This document shows positions 13,010 to 23,781 of a DNA stretch of 64,000 nt, one piece after another. How positions within the stretch are numbered: position 1 is the first letter of the stretch; every line of letters begins with the position of its first letter. Position numbers and translations under genes: made by a program. The notes beneath the pieces are model-generated. The model saw only the letters and a program-made list of their open reading frames with translations, was not told where the DNA came from and made no database searches. The stretch is taken from assembly GCF_058153355.1 (NCBI RefSeq), contig NZ_CM177019.1; one strand, given 5' to 3'.

Positions 13010-15346
13010 ATGAAGCAAATTCGTCTGCTGGCGCAGTATTATGTTGACCTGATGATGAAGTTAGGTCTGGTGCGCTTCTCAATGTTGCTGGCGCTGGCCC
13101 TCGTCGTTCTTGCCATTGTGGTACAAATGGCAGTGACCATGGTGCTGCATGGTCAGGTCGAAAGCATTGATGTTATTCGTTCTATCTTCTTTGGTTTGCT
13201 GATTACGCCGTGGGCGGTCTACTTTCTATCGGTGGTCGTTGAGCAATTGGAGGAGTCACGACAACGTCTGTCACGGCTGGTGCAAAAACTGGAGGAGATG
13301 CGCGAGCGCGATTTGAGCCTCAACGTTCAGTTAAAAGATAATATTGCCCAGCTAAATCAGGAAATTGCCGTTCGTGAAAAAGCGGAAGCAGAACTGCAGG
13401 AAACCTTCGGCCAACTGAAAATTGAAATTAAAGAGCGCGAAGAGACACAAATTCAGCTCGAGCAGCAATCCTCATTCTTACGTTCCTTCCTTGATGCTTC
13501 ACCCGACCTGGTTTTTTATCGTAACGAAGATAAAGAGTTTTCCGGCTGTAACCGCGCGATGGAGCTGCTGACCGGAAAAAGCGAAAAACAACTGGTTCAT
13601 TTAAAACCTGCTGATGTTTACTCGCCGGAAGCTGCCGCGAAAGTTATTGAAACCGATGAAAAAGTATTTCGTCATAATGTGTCTCTGACCTATGAACAGT
13701 GGTTGGATTATCCCGACGGACGCAAAGCCTGCTTTGAAATCCGTAAAGTGCCGTACTATGACCGCGTGGGTAAACGTCACGGTTTAATGGGTTTTGGTCG
13801 CGACATTACCGAGCGTAAGCGGTATCAGGATGCGCTTGAACGCGCCAGCCGCGACAAAACGACGTTTATCTCCACCATCAGTCACGAATTGCGTACACCG
13901 CTGAACGGTATCGTCGGCCTGAGCCGCATTTTGCTGGATACTGAACTTACCGCTGAGCAGGAAAAATATCTCAAAACAATCCATGTTTCGGCCGTCACGC
14001 TGGGGAATATCTTCAACGATATTATTGACATGGATAAGATGGAGCGGCGCAAGGTCCAGCTTGATAATCAGCCAGTTGATTTCACCAGCTTCCTTGCCGA
14101 TCTGGAAAATCTCTCCGCATTGCAGGCGCAACAGAAAGGGTTGCGCTTTAATCTGGAACCGACGCTGCCATTACCGCATCAGGTCATTACTGATGGGACG
14201 CGTTTACGGCAGATCCTGTGGAACCTCATCAGTAACGCCGTCAAATTTACCCAGCAGGGCCAGGTTACCGTGCGCGTGCGCTACGATGAAGGCGATATGC
14301 TGCATTTTGAAGTGGAAGACTCTGGTATCGGCATTCCGCAGGATGAGCTGGATAAAATCTTCGCCATGTATTACCAGGTGAAAGACAGTCATGGCGGTAA
14401 ACCTGCCACTGGCACCGGTATTGGTCTGGCCGTTTCTCGTCGTCTGGCGAAAAATATGGGCGGCGATATTACGGTTACCAGCGAACAGGGCAAAGGTTCA
14501 ACCTTTACGTTGACGATCCACGCACCGTCGGTAGCAGAAGAGGTTGATGATGCGTTTGATGAAGACGATATGCCTTTACCGGCGCTGAATGTGCTGCTGG
14601 TGGAAGACATTGAACTGAACGTGATTGTCGCACGCTCTGTGCTGGAAAAATTAGGTAACAGCGTTGATGTCGCCATGACCGGCAAGGCGGCGCTGGAGAT
14701 GTTTAAACCGGGCGAATACGACCTGGTGTTGCTGGATATTCAGTTGCCAGATATGACCGGGCTGGATATCTCTCGTGAACTGACGAAGCGTTATCCGCGC
14801 GAGGATTTACCGCCGCTGGTGGCCTTAACCGCTAACGTGCTGAAAGACAAACAAGAGTACCTCAATGCTGGAATGGATGATGTGCTGAGTAAGCCGCTTT
14901 CTGTTCCGGCGCTAACCGCGATGATCAAGAAATTCTGGGATACCCAGGATGATGAGGAGAGTACGGTGACGACAGAAGAGAACAGTAAATCAGAAGCATT
15001 GCTCGATATTCCCATGCTGGAACAGTATCTCGAACTTGTAGGACCGAAGCTGATCACCGATGGGTTAGCGGTGTTTGAGAAGATGATGCCGGGATATGTC
15101 AGCGTGCTGGAGTCGAATCTGACGGCGCAGGATAAAAAAGGCATTGTTGAGGAAGGACATAAAATTAAAGGTGCGGCGGGGTCAGTGGGGTTACGCCATC
15201 TGCAACAGCTGGGTCAGCAAATTCAGTCTCCTGACCTTCCAGCCTGGGAAGATAACGTCGGTGAATGGATTGAAGAGATGAAAGAAGAGTGGCGTCACGA
15301 CGTAGAAGTACTGAAAGCGTGGGTGGCAAAAGCTACTAAAAAATGA
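13010..15346 (+). CDS. arcB: Aerobic respiration control sensor histidine kinase (hybrid kinase with receiver and HPt domains)
   Basis: 778-aa ORF; N-terminal TM segments, H-box (SHELRTPLN), receiver domain and C-terminal HPt; adjacent to ArcZ. Confidence 0.95.
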   Translation: MKQIRLLAQYYVDLMMKLGLVRFSMLLALALVVLAIVVQMAVTMVLHGQVESIDVIRSIFFGLLITPWAVYFLSVVVEQLEESRQRLSRLVQKLEEMRERDLSLNVQLKDNIAQLNQEIAVREKAEAELQETFGQLKIEIKEREETQIQLEQQSSFLRSFLDASPDLVFYRNEDKEFSGCNRAMELLTGKSEKQLVHLKPADVYSPEAAAKVIETDEKVFRHNVSLTYEQWLDYPDGRKACFEIRKVPYYDRVGKRHGLMGFGRDITERKRYQDALERASRDKTTFISTISHELRTPLNGIVGLSRILLDTELTAEQEKYLKTIHVSAVTLGNIFNDIIDMDKMERRKVQLDNQPVDFTSFLADLENLSALQAQQKGLRFNLEPTLPLPHQVITDGTRLRQILWNLISNAVKFTQQGQVTVRVRYDEGDMLHFEVEDSGIGIPQDELDKIFAMYYQVKDSHGGKPATGTGIGLAVSRRLAKNMGGDITVTSEQGKGSTFTLTIHAPSVAEEVDDAFDEDDMPLPALNVLLVEDIELNVIVARSVLEKLGNSVDVAMTGKAALEMFKPGEYDLVLLDIQLPDMTGLDISRELTKRYPREDLPPLVALTANVLKDKQEYLNAGMDDVLSKPLSVPALTAMIKKFWDTQDDEESTVTTEENSKSEALLDIPMLEQYLELVGPKLITDGLAVFEKMMPGYVSVLESNLTAQDKKGIVEEGHKIKGAAGSVGLRHLQQLGQQIQSPDLPAWEDNVGEWIEEMKEEWRHDVEVLKAWVAKATKK

Positions 15347-15458
15347 CCCCGGCTAGACCGGGGTGCGCGAATACTGCGCCAACACCAGGGAAATCTTGGC
15401 TGCGCCGTAAATTATTATGATGAGTTACAAGGGCACAGCACTGTTTTTCAGGCCGCAC
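15338..15458 (-). ncRNA. arcZ: ArcZ small RNA (Hfq-dependent), antisense to the arcB 3' end
   Basis: The reverse complement of ~15338-15458 matches the ArcZ sequence as I recall it (GTGCGGCCTGAAAAACAGTGCTGTGCCCTTGTAACTCATCATAATAATTTACGGCGCAGCCAAGATTTCCCTGGTGTTGGCGCAGTATTCGCGCACCCCGGTCTAGCCGGGGTCATTTTTT), with terminator hairpin CCCCGG/CCGGGG and T-run overlapping the arcB stop. Confidence 0.75.
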
Positions 15459-15575
15459 GCAGTTAAGATAGCAAAACTTAAATGATTTGTTACATGAATC
15501 AGTTAAATGTGTGATGCGTAGCATTTTTATTAAAAAAATTAATGTGTTTCAGTCAATTGCGAAAGGATGATCACA

Positions 15576-16229
15576 ATGAAGAAAATTGGCGTAATTCTGA
15601 GCGGATGCGGCGTCTATGACGGTTCTGAAATTCATGAAGCGGTGTTGACGTTGTTAGCTATTTCACGCAGCGGTGCGCAGGCGGTCTGCTTTGCACCGGA
15701 TAAGCAGCAGGTTGATGTTATCAACCATTTAACTGGCGAAGCGATGACGGAAACGCGCAATGTGCTGATTGAAGCGGCACGAATAACGCGCGGTGAAATC
15801 CGTCCTCTGGCTCAGGCCGATGCCGCTGAACTGGATGCGTTGATTGTGCCGGGGGGGTTTGGCGCGGCGAAGAATTTAAGCAATTTTGCCAGTCTTGGTA
15901 GCGAATGCACCGTTGACCGTGAATTAAAGGCGCTGGCACAAGCGATGCATCAGGCCGGAAAACCGCTTGGTTTTATGTGTATTGCCCCGGCGATGCTGCC
16001 GAAAATTTTCGATTTCCCGCTGCGTTTGACCATCGGTACTGATATCGATACCGCAGAAGTGCTGGAAGAGATGGGCGCGGAGCATGTGCCGTGTCCTGTC
16101 GATGATATCGTGGTTGATGAAGACAATAAGATTGTCACCACCCCGGCATATATGCTTGCGCAGAACATTGCAGAAGCGGCGAGCGGCATTGATAAGCTGG
16201 TTTCCCGCGTGCTGGTTCTGACTGAATGA
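15576..16229 (+). CDS. elbB: DJ-1/PfpI-family glyoxalase-like protein ElbB
   Basis: ORF 15567..16229; conserved start [16 protein letters not shown] at ATG 15576; 217 aa. Confidence 0.85.
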   Translation: MKKIGVILSGCGVYDGSEIHEAVLTLLAISRSGAQAVCFAPDKQQVDVINHLTGEAMTETRNVLIEAARITRGEIRPLAQADAAELDALIVPGGFGAAKNLSNFASLGSECTVDRELKALAQAMHQAGKPLGFMCIAPAMLPKIFDFPLRLTIGTDIDTAEVLEEMGAEHVPCPVDDIVVDEDNKIVTTPAYMLAQNIAEAASGIDKLVSRVLVLTE

Positions 16230-16954
16230 GTAAAAGCCGCTTAACGGTGTTTAGTTTCGTTCGCCGTTTTCTTCTACGGTTAATGGTTGTCCTCGCCATT
16301 TTCTGGGGCGGGGGCATCGCGTTGTTTAGCGTTGCGCCTGTTCCTTTCTCAGCGGTAATGGCCGAGCGACAAGTCAGCGCCTGGCTGCATGGCAATTTTC
16401 GTTACGTGGCACATTCTGACTGGGTCAGTATGGATCAAATCTCGCCGTGGATGGGACTGGCGGTGATTGCCGCAGAAGATCAGAAGTTTCCTGAGCACTG
16501 GGGCTTTGATGTCGCTTCCATTGAGCAAGCCCTGGCGCACAACGAGCGCAATGAAAACCGTATTCGCGGCGCATCAACGATTTCTCAGCAAACAGCCAAA
16601 AATCTCTTTTTATGGGATGGACGTAGCTGGGTACGAAAAGGGTTGGAAGCCGGATTAACGCTGGGGATAGAAACAGTCTGGAGCAAAAAGCGTATCCTGA
16701 CGGTTTACCTGAATATCGCCGAATTTGGCGACGGTGTGTTTGGCGTCGAAGCTGCGGCACAACGTTATTTCCACAAACCCGCGAGCAAACTTACCCGGTC
16801 GGAAGCTGCGTTACTGGCTGCCGTATTACCTAATCCACTGCGTTTCAAAGTCTCCGCGCCATCGGGCTATGTGCGTAGCCGTCAGGCGTGGATTTTACGG
16901 CAGATGTATCAGTTAGGCGGTGAGTCGTTTATGCAACAACACCAGCTGAATTAA
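16226..16954 (+). CDS. mtgA: Monofunctional peptidoglycan glycosyltransferase
   Basis: 242-aa ORF with N-terminal TM anchor and transglycosylase motifs (…[12 protein letters not shown]…); ATGA overlap with elbB. Confidence 0.9.
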   Translation: MSKSRLTVFSFVRRFLLRLMVVLAIFWGGGIALFSVAPVPFSAVMAERQVSAWLHGNFRYVAHSDWVSMDQISPWMGLAVIAAEDQKFPEHWGFDVASIEQALAHNERNENRIRGASTISQQTAKNLFLWDGRSWVRKGLEAGLTLGIETVWSKKRILTVYLNIAEFGDGVFGVEAAAQRYFHKPASKLTRSEAALLAAVLPNPLRFKVSAPSGYVRSRQAWILRQMYQLGGESFMQQHQLN

Positions 16955-17583
16955 GCTTCGCGCGAAGTGAGGGCCAGCGTTTTGCTCTCACGTGGTTGCA
17001 GATCTTTCTGTAGGGCAATAGCCAGTGCCGGCTGGGCGATAAACCGTTTCCATAACCGCTCTTGCTTTCGCTGACAACACCACTTTGACCAGGTCGCCAG
17101 TGGAATCAACGTGCTTTCACCAATGTTGTCGCAGACGACGGGGATAACCTCTGACTCACTGATGCGGTGACAGAGGATATTCTGCGGCTTCAACGACATC
17201 GTCACGATATGGTTATCCTGCAAATAACGTTTCAGCTGTTTCAGTAACTGGCGCAGCTGTGCAACGTCTTCTTCGTAACGGCATTGTTCTGCAAATTCGG
17301 TCAGCGTAACGGAGGGCTTACCGTCGAAATCGGCAATCACATCGTAGACATAACCCGTTCCGCAATCCGTCTCCACGGTACCGTGATAGCGCGGTATTCC
17401 ACTCCAGTCTTTTAACCGGCGACCAAGATGCGCGTAATACTTTAACTCACGGCGGATCTCTTTATCACCACCATCACCACGGTGGTAGACAATCTTGATA
17501 CAGCGTTGGGCATCTTCCGGATGCGCATAACATTTCCGATGTCTTCCGGTGCCCAAGGGATTTTGTTCAGATAAGCGAATCAT
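16951..17583 (-). CDS. yrbL: PhoP-regulated protein YrbL
   Basis: ORF 16951..17640; conserved start [24 protein letters not shown] at the ATG on the minus strand ending at 17583; PhoP box lies just upstream. Confidence 0.75.
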   Translation of the reverse strand: MIRLSEQNPLGTGRHRKCYAHPEDAQRCIKIVYHRGDGGDKEIRRELKYYAHLGRRLKDWSGIPRYHGTVETDCGTGYVYDVIADFDGKPSVTLTEFAEQCRYEEDVAQLRQLLKQLKRYLQDNHIVTMSLKPQNILCHRISESEVIPVVCDNIGESTLIPLATWSKWCCQRKQERLWKRFIAQPALAIALQKDLQPRESKTLALTSREA

Positions 17584-17633
17584 ACCATCTCTTGGAAATA
17601 TTTTCTGACGATCTCCAGTATGGTCGAATAACT

Positions 17634-17650
17634 TAAACAAAACCTAAACA
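17634..17650 (-). promoter_or_regulatory. PhoP box (direct repeat TGTTTA-N5-TGTTTA) upstream of yrbL
   Basis: Minus-strand sequence TGTTTAGGTTTTGTTTA read directly, about 50 nt upstream of the yrbL start. Confidence 0.6.
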
Positions 17651-17795
17651 ATGCCTCTTAAGGTTTTCTTAAGGTTCTTCTGAAAGTGAAAAGCGCACAA
17701 AATGTACAATTTCCGTCATTAATAACGATTTCAGTACGCGCTTTTTTTATTGTCGGGGGGAGCTTGAAGGGATTTGTATGTCAAAGTGATGAAAA

Positions 17796-18068
17796 TTAAT
17801 CTTCATCAAAACCAGAGTTAAAGAGGGCGATAACGGCGGCCAGTGCTTCCTCTTCCTGTGGACCGGTCGCTTCGACTTCAATCTGCCGTCCTTTGGCAGA
17901 ATCCAGCATCAGCAGCGCAATAACGCTGTTGGCTTCAGCTTCAGTGCCTTCATCGTTACGTAACAGCACTTCAGCGTCAAAACCCTGCATTAATTCAAAC
18001 AGCTTCATTGCAGGCCGGGCATGCATGCCCAGCTTGTTTGTGATTTCAACAGTTTGCTTGACGGTCAT
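17796..18068 (-). CDS. ptsO: Nitrogen-PTS phosphocarrier protein NPr
   Basis: 90-aa HPr-like ORF (…GMHARPAM…); last gene of the rpoN operon. Confidence 0.9.
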
Positions 18069-18919
18069 GGTTTACGTTTTTCCAGCGTACGATGGCGTGA
18101 CTGGACGTTTTTACCGCGTGAACGGAAGTAGTCTGCCAACTGCTCTGCAATATACACCGAACGGTGCTTCCCGCCAGTACAACCAATGGCGACCGTCAGG
18201 TAGCTACGGTTGTTGGTTTCCAGCATAGGTAACCATAGCTCAAGATAGCTTCGCGTCTGGTAAATAAAATTGTGTACTTCTGTGTGGCGGTCGAGGAACG
18301 CGGCGACAGGCTTATCAAGACCTGTCATCGGACGCAGTTTTGGATCCCAGTGCGGGTTCGGCAAGAAGCGCACGTCAAAGACGTAATCTGCATCGATAGG
18401 GATACCGTGTTTGAAGCCGAAAGACTCAAAGACCATGGTCAGTTCGCGTTCACGTTTACCCAGTAAACGGGTACGCAACATTTCTGCCAGCTCGTGAACG
18501 GACATTTCTGAGGTATCGACAATCAGATCCGCTCGCGAACGCAGTGGTTCCAGTAGATCGCTTTCTTTGTCGATAGCACTTTCCAGCGACAGGTTTTTGC
18601 TGGAAAGGGGATGCAGGCGGCGCGTGTCACTGTAACGACGAATTAAGGTATTACGGTCGGCATCCAGGAACAGGAGTTGCGGTGAGAAAGCGTCAGGTAG
18701 GTTACTCATCGCCTGTTCGAATATTTCTGGTGACTCCGGCATATTACGAACATCAATGCTGACGGCGGCAGAAATCTCGCGATCGGCCAGAGTTCGAGCC
18801 AGATCGGGTAACAACACTACGGGGAGGTTATCCACGCAGTAAAAACCCATATCTTCCAGCGCACGAAGGGCGACAGATTTACCTGAACCTGAACGTCCGC
18901 TGACGATCATCAGTACCAT
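18065..18919 (-). CDS. rapZ: RNase adaptor protein RapZ (P-loop NTPase)
   Basis: 284-aa ORF with Walker A GRSGSGKS; between ptsN and npr. Confidence 0.9.
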
Positions 18920-18964
18920 GTACTGTTTCTCCTCACAACGTCTAAAAGAGACATTACCGAATAA

Positions 18965-19456
18965 CTACGCTTCATCCGGAGTACCTTCGGTATCCGTAAT
19001 GATTTGATACAGCTCTTCATCGCTCTGGGCTGCGCGTAAACGGCGGCAGATGGTTTTATCCGCCAGACGTTTCGCCACCAGCGACAGAGTATGCAGGTGC
19101 GTTTTGGTTTGGTCAGCCGGAACCAGCAACGCAAACAGTAAATCTACCGGTTGGTTGTCAATGGCATCGAAAGCTATGGGCGTTTCGAGCTGAACGAAAA
19201 CGCCAACGGCGCGCAGAGTATCTTCTTCCAGTTTGCCATGCGGAATGGCTATACCATTGCCGATACCGGTACTGCCCATTTTTTCCCGCGTCAGGATAGC
19301 TTCAAAAACCACCTGAGGCGGCAGGCTAAGTTGTTTCGCCGCCAGCTCGCTGATGATTTCCAGGGCGCGTTTTTTGCTCTGACAGTGGACGCGGCTTCGC
19401 GTACATTCCCTGTTAAGAACAGTGCTAAGCTGTAGAGTTGTATCATTATTTGTCAT
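18965..19456 (-). CDS. ptsN: Nitrogen-PTS EIIA(Ntr)
   Basis: ORF 18965..19480; conserved start MTNNDTTLQLS at the ATG ending 19456; 163 aa. Confidence 0.85.
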   Translation of the reverse strand: MTNNDTTLQLSTVLNRECTRSRVHCQSKKRALEIISELAAKQLSLPPQVVFEAILTREKMGSTGIGNGIAIPHGKLEEDTLRAVGVFVQLETPIAFDAIDNQPVDLLFALLVPADQTKTHLHTLSLVAKRLADKTICRRLRAAQSDEELYQIITDTEGTPDEA

Positions 19457-19573
19457 AATTTCACCTAAGAACCTGCTCACTCAAACGGTGGAACAGGTTC
19501 GGAGCATTAACTGTACAAATGGCCCGTTGTGCCGCACAACAGGCCGCCATGCACATGCTAATTGCCCGGACAA

Positions 19574-19861
19574 TTAGTGTTGTTTCAGTTTATCTTTATG
19601 TTTGGTCAACTGGCGTGCCAGCTTATCAATTAAGCCATCAATGGCAGCGTACATGTCCTGACCTTCCGCGCTGGCATGAATTTCACCACCGTTTACATGC
19701 AGTGTTGCATCTGAGGTATGGGTGACTTTCTCCACTTTCAGAACAACATAGACCTGGTTGATTCGGTCAAAATATTGCTCAAGTTTGGCAAATTTAGCAG
19801 TAACAAATTCGCGCAGTGCCTCGGTGATCTCGACGTTATTTCCGGTAATGTTGAGCTGCAT
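19574..19861 (-). CDS. hpf: Ribosome hibernation promoting factor
   Basis: ORF 19574..19945; conserved start MQLNITGNNVEITEALR at the ATG ending 19861; 95 aa; immediately downstream of rpoN. Confidence 0.85.
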   Translation of the reverse strand: MQLNITGNNVEITEALREFVTAKFAKLEQYFDRINQVYVVLKVEKVTHTSDATLHVNGGEIHASAEGQDMYAAIDGLIDKLARQLTKHKDKLKQH

Positions 19862-19883
19862 AGTGTCTTCCTTATCGGTTGGG

Positions 19884-21317
19884 TCAAACGAGCTGTTTAC
19901 GCTGGTTTGACGGCGGAATGGATAAAGACTCTCGGTACTTCGCAACAGTGCGGCGTGCCACCATGATACCTTGTTCCGACAGCAAAGAGGTTAACTTGCT
20001 GTCGCTCAACGGTTTCGCTGGGTTTTCCGCCGCGATTAATTTCTTCACCAGCGCACGAATTGCCGTTGAGGAAGCTTCGCCGCCGCCCTCGGTATTGACG
20101 TGACTGGAAAAGAAATACTTCAGTTCAAAAATGCCTCGTGGACTATGCAGGTATTTTTGCGTGGTCACGCGAGATATCGTCGATTCATGCATTTCGACAG
20201 CCTGGGCGATATCGGCCAGTACCATCGGTTTCATATATTCTTCGCCTTGCTCAAAGAAGGCTTGCTGCTGTTCAACGATACAGCGACTCACGCGTAGTAG
20301 CGTATCGTTACGGCTTTCCAGACTCTTGATCAACCATTTGGCATCCTGCAGATTGCTGCGGATAAACTGGCTGTCACCGTCGTTGCGCGCGTTATTGCAC
20401 ATCGAGGCGTAGTGCTGGTTGATTTGCAGACGCGGAATGCTGTCGCTATTGAGTTCTACCGTCCAGTGACCGTTATGCTTACGTACCAGTACATCTGGAA
20501 TGACATACTCCGGTTCGCCAGTCTGGATCGACTGTCCGGGGCGTGGATCGAGCGACTGGATCAGATTGACGGCTTCTTTCAGCACATCTTCTTTCAGTCG
20601 CGTGACGCGCATTAAGGTACGGAAGTCGTGATTGGCTAACAGATCGAGATGATCGCTAATGATCAGTCTCGCCTCTTCCAGCCACGGCGTAGTTTTATCG
20701 AATTGGGAGAGTTGGATCAGCAGGCAGTCACGCAGATCTTTCGCCGCTACGCCGACCGGATCAAACCGTTGGATCCGCTTCAGGACGGCTTCAACTTCAT
20801 CGATGTCGATTTCTTCATCGCCCATACTTTCGAGAATATCTTCCAGCGGAACAGTCAGATAACCGGTGTCATCAACGGCATCGACGATAGAGGTAGCAAT
20901 AGCGCGGTCAGTGTCGGAAAACGGTGTCAGCTCGACTTGCCACATCAGGTAATCTTGCAAGGTCTGCGTTGTTTCGCCCTGATAGACCGGCAGCTCGTCG
21001 TCAATGTAGTCACCGCTGGTGCCGGAGGGTGTACCAGCGGTGTAAATGGTGTCCCAACTGGCATCGAGCGGCAGCTCTTCCGGCATCTCTTTTTGTTCGA
21101 GTGCGTCGGCGGTGTCCAGTGTTTCACTGTCTTGCGTTTCGCGGGTGTCGATTTCTTCATGAGTGTCGATTTGCTCAAGCAGCGGATTACTCTCCAGCGC
21201 CTGCTGTAGCTCCTGCTGAAGTTCCAGCGTCGACAACTGCAACAGACGAATAGCCTGTTGGAGCTGTGGCGTCATCGCCAGTTGTTGGCTAAGCCTGAGT
21301 TGCAAACCTTGCTTCAT
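19884..21317 (-). CDS. rpoN: RNA polymerase sigma-54 factor
   Basis: 477-aa ORF; Gln/Leu-rich N-terminus ([33 protein letters not shown]) and C-terminal RpoN box ([10 protein letters not shown]). Confidence 0.95.
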   Translation of the reverse strand: MKQGLQLRLSQQLAMTPQLQQAIRLLQLSTLELQQELQQALESNPLLEQIDTHEEIDTRETQDSETLDTADALEQKEMPEELPLDASWDTIYTAGTPSGTSGDYIDDELPVYQGETTQTLQDYLMWQVELTPFSDTDRAIATSIVDAVDDTGYLTVPLEDILESMGDEEIDIDEVEAVLKRIQRFDPVGVAAKDLRDCLLIQLSQFDKTTPWLEEARLIISDHLDLLANHDFRTLMRVTRLKEDVLKEAVNLIQSLDPRPGQSIQTGEPEYVIPDVLVRKHNGHWTVELNSDSIPRLQINQHYASMCNNARNDGDSQFIRSNLQDAKWLIKSLESRNDTLLRVSRCIVEQQQAFFEQGEEYMKPMVLADIAQAVEMHESTISRVTTQKYLHSPRGIFELKYFFSSHVNTEGGGEASSTAIRALVKKLIAAENPAKPLSDSKLTSLLSEQGIMVARRTVAKYRESLSIPPSNQRKQLV

Positions 21318-21364
21318 GTTCAGAATCGTACTCTCCTGATAAAACGTCGCAAACTTCTACCCTA

Positions 21365-22090
21365 TCAGAGTCTGAAGTCTTCCCCAAGGTATACACGCTT
21401 AACATGTTCGTCTTGTAAGATTTCTGTAGGCGTGCCGTGGGCGATCAAATGCCCCTGACTGACGATATAAGCGCGTTCACAAACCGCCAGCGTTTCACGC
21501 ACGTTATGGTCGGTGATCAGCACGCCCAGGCCGCTGTCGCGCAAGTGCTCAATGATGCGTTTGATGTCGATAACCGAGATCGGGTCAACCCCGGCAAACG
21601 GTTCATCAAGCAGAATAAATTTCGGATTCGCAGCCAGTGCACGGGCAATTTCTACACGGCGACGTTCACCCCCGGAGAGTGACTGCCCCATGCTGTCACG
21701 CAGGTGTTCGATGTGAAACTCTTCCATCAGCTCGTTCGCGCGGTCTTCACGTTGTTCAGCAGACAAGTCGTCACGAATTTGCAGTACCGCCATCAGGTTA
21801 TCGTAAACGCTGAGGCGACGAAAAATGGAGGCTTCCTGCGGCAGATAGCCGATACCGCGGCGCGCGCGCGCATGCAGAGGCAGCAGACTGATATCGTCAT
21901 CATCAATAATGATATTGCCCGCATCGCGCGGCACAATGCCAACAACCATGTAGAAAGTGGTGGTCTTACCGGCACCGTTTGGCCCCAGCAGACCGACAAT
22001 TTCCCCGGAGTTGACGGTCAGGCTGACGTCTTCTACCACGCGGCGGCCTTTATAGGCTTTTGCAAGGTTCTTTGCAGTTAATGTTGCCAT
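21365..22090 (-). CDS. lptB: LPS export ABC transporter ATPase
   Basis: 241-aa ORF with Walker [10 protein letters not shown] and ABC signature LSGGERRR. Confidence 0.95.
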
Positions 22091-22096
22091 AACGAA

Positions 22097-22654
22097 TTAA
22101 TTACCCTTCTTCTGTGCCGGGGTCTGGCCTTTGTTGTTTTTGTCCTGCAGCTGCGACGGCACCAGAACGGTGGTTACGCGCTTGCCTTTGTCGCTGAACG
22201 CCTGCATTTTCTGCTCTTTCACCAGGTAAGTGATCTTATCACCCTTAATGTTGCTATCGACCTGCTGCAGATAAGCATTACCCGTCAGAACGACAAAATC
22301 TTTTGCCAGTTCGTAGTGCATCTGGGAAGCGTGACCTTCAACGGGTTTACCGTTGTCCTGCATCTGGTAGAACGTTGCCGGTTTACCGTAGCCGTCAATC
22401 ACTTCTTTACCTTGTTCGCCGCCCGGACGGGTAACGACCACTTTGTCGGCATTAATTTTGATGGTGCCCTGGGTGACGATGACATTACCGGTAAAGGTAA
22501 CCACGTTGCCTTGCATATCAAGAGATTGCTGGTCCGATTCAATGTGGATCGGCTGATCAGTGTCTCCGGTTACGGCAAATGCCGGAATGCTGGCGGCCAG
22601 AAGTGAGCTGGCAAGCACAAGATTAAGGCTGAGTTTGTTTGTTTTGAATTTCAT
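22097..22654 (-). CDS. lptA: Periplasmic LPS transport protein
   Basis: ORF 22097..22675; conserved start MKFKTNKLSLNLVLASSLLAASIPAFA (signal peptide) at the ATG ending 22654; overlaps lptC 3' end. Confidence 0.85.
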   Translation of the reverse strand: MKFKTNKLSLNLVLASSLLAASIPAFAVTGDTDQPIHIESDQQSLDMQGNVVTFTGNVIVTQGTIKINADKVVVTRPGGEQGKEVIDGYGKPATFYQMQDNGKPVEGHASQMHYELAKDFVVLTGNAYLQQVDSNIKGDKITYLVKEQKMQAFSDKGKRVTTVLVPSQLQDKNNKGQTPAQKKGN

Positions 22655-23198
22655 AGGATGTTCTAACCTTTTCAATCAGCTCGGCGTTCTTGCTGCGTAA
22701 GTTGCCGCGCATTTTCAGACCGCTGGAGTTAAATGTTGTTCCGTATAACGTGACAAGGTCTTCAGAGGTAACATCCTGCGTCACCAGATTGATCTGCGCG
22801 TTATCCGTCGTGATTCTGCGAAGTTGAGAGTCCGGCACGAGTGCGTTGACTTCAACGTGTCCATATAAATAGAGCATCCGGTCATTGGTCAGCTTGGCTT
22901 TATCTGCTTTTACGGACCATGTCGGGATTTTATCCTTATCAAACGTGGTAAGTACCGGCTGCGTAAACCACGAAACGGCCTGATCGGAATAATATTCAAC
23001 GTGTTGAGCAATCAATCGATAGCTTAGTGCCCCTTCTGGGTTATAGACGAGCGTGTCCGTATGCTCGCTTTTATAGGTGGGATCATTGTTGTTGACGACC
23101 ACCTGGGCGGTATCGTCTTTTTCGGCCATATTAATGCCGATCATCACCAGAACCGCCAGTGATAGCACAATGATAACCCAACGTCTGGCTTTACTCAT
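22623..23198 (-). CDS. lptC: LPS transport inner-membrane protein
   Basis: 191-aa ORF with N-terminal TM anchor; ATGA overlap with kdsC. Confidence 0.9.
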   Translation of the reverse strand: MSKARRWVIIVLSLAVLVMIGINMAEKDDTAQVVVNNNDPTYKSEHTDTLVYNPEGALSYRLIAQHVEYYSDQAVSWFTQPVLTTFDKDKIPTWSVKADKAKLTNDRMLYLYGHVEVNALVPDSQLRRITTDNAQINLVTQDVTSEDLVTLYGTTFNSSGLKMRGNLRSKNAELIEKVRTSYEIQNKQTQP

Positions 23199-23761
23199 AT
23201 CGATTGCCCTTTGGCTTCATCCAGTTTGCCCTGCGCCAGGAGTAATAAGTCGCAAACTTCTCGCACTGCGCCACGACCGCCAGCAATGCGCGTCACGTAA
23301 TCGGCGCGCGGGAGCAACAGTGGATGCGCATCGGCCACGGCGATGCTTAAACCCACTTTTTCCATTACCGGCCAGTCAATGAGATCATCGCCGACATAAG
23401 CCACATTTTCCGGGGCAATTGCCAGTTTTTCCAGCAGATCGCTAAAGGCGATCAGTTTGTTTGACTGCCCCTGATACAAGTGAGTGATCCCCAATGTGGC
23501 ACAACGATCTTCTACCAGTTTAGCCTTTCGCCCGGTAATGATAGCGACTTCAATATCAGAGGTGAGCGCACAACGAATGCCATAACCGTCACGAACATTG
23601 AACGCTTTCAGCTCTTCGCCATTATTGCCCATATAAATCAGGCCATCTGACAGTACGCCATCGACATCGAGGATCAGCAGACGAATGTTCTCTGCTTTTG
23701 CCATAACGTCGGCGCTGACAGGGCCGTAACAGGTCGCAAGCGACGCACCTGCTTTGCTCAT
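23195..23761 (-). CDS. kdsC: KDO-8-phosphate phosphatase (HAD family)
   Basis: 188-aa ORF with HAD motif LILDVDGVL. Confidence 0.9.
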   Translation of the reverse strand: MSKAGASLATCYGPVSADVMAKAENIRLLILDVDGVLSDGLIYMGNNGEELKAFNVRDGYGIRCALTSDIEVAIITGRKAKLVEDRCATLGITHLYQGQSNKLIAFSDLLEKLAIAPENVAYVGDDLIDWPVMEKVGLSIAVADAHPLLLPRADYVTRIAGGRGAVREVCDLLLLAQGKLDEAKGQSI

Positions 23762-23781
23762 TGTTGTTTATCCTTGAATCT

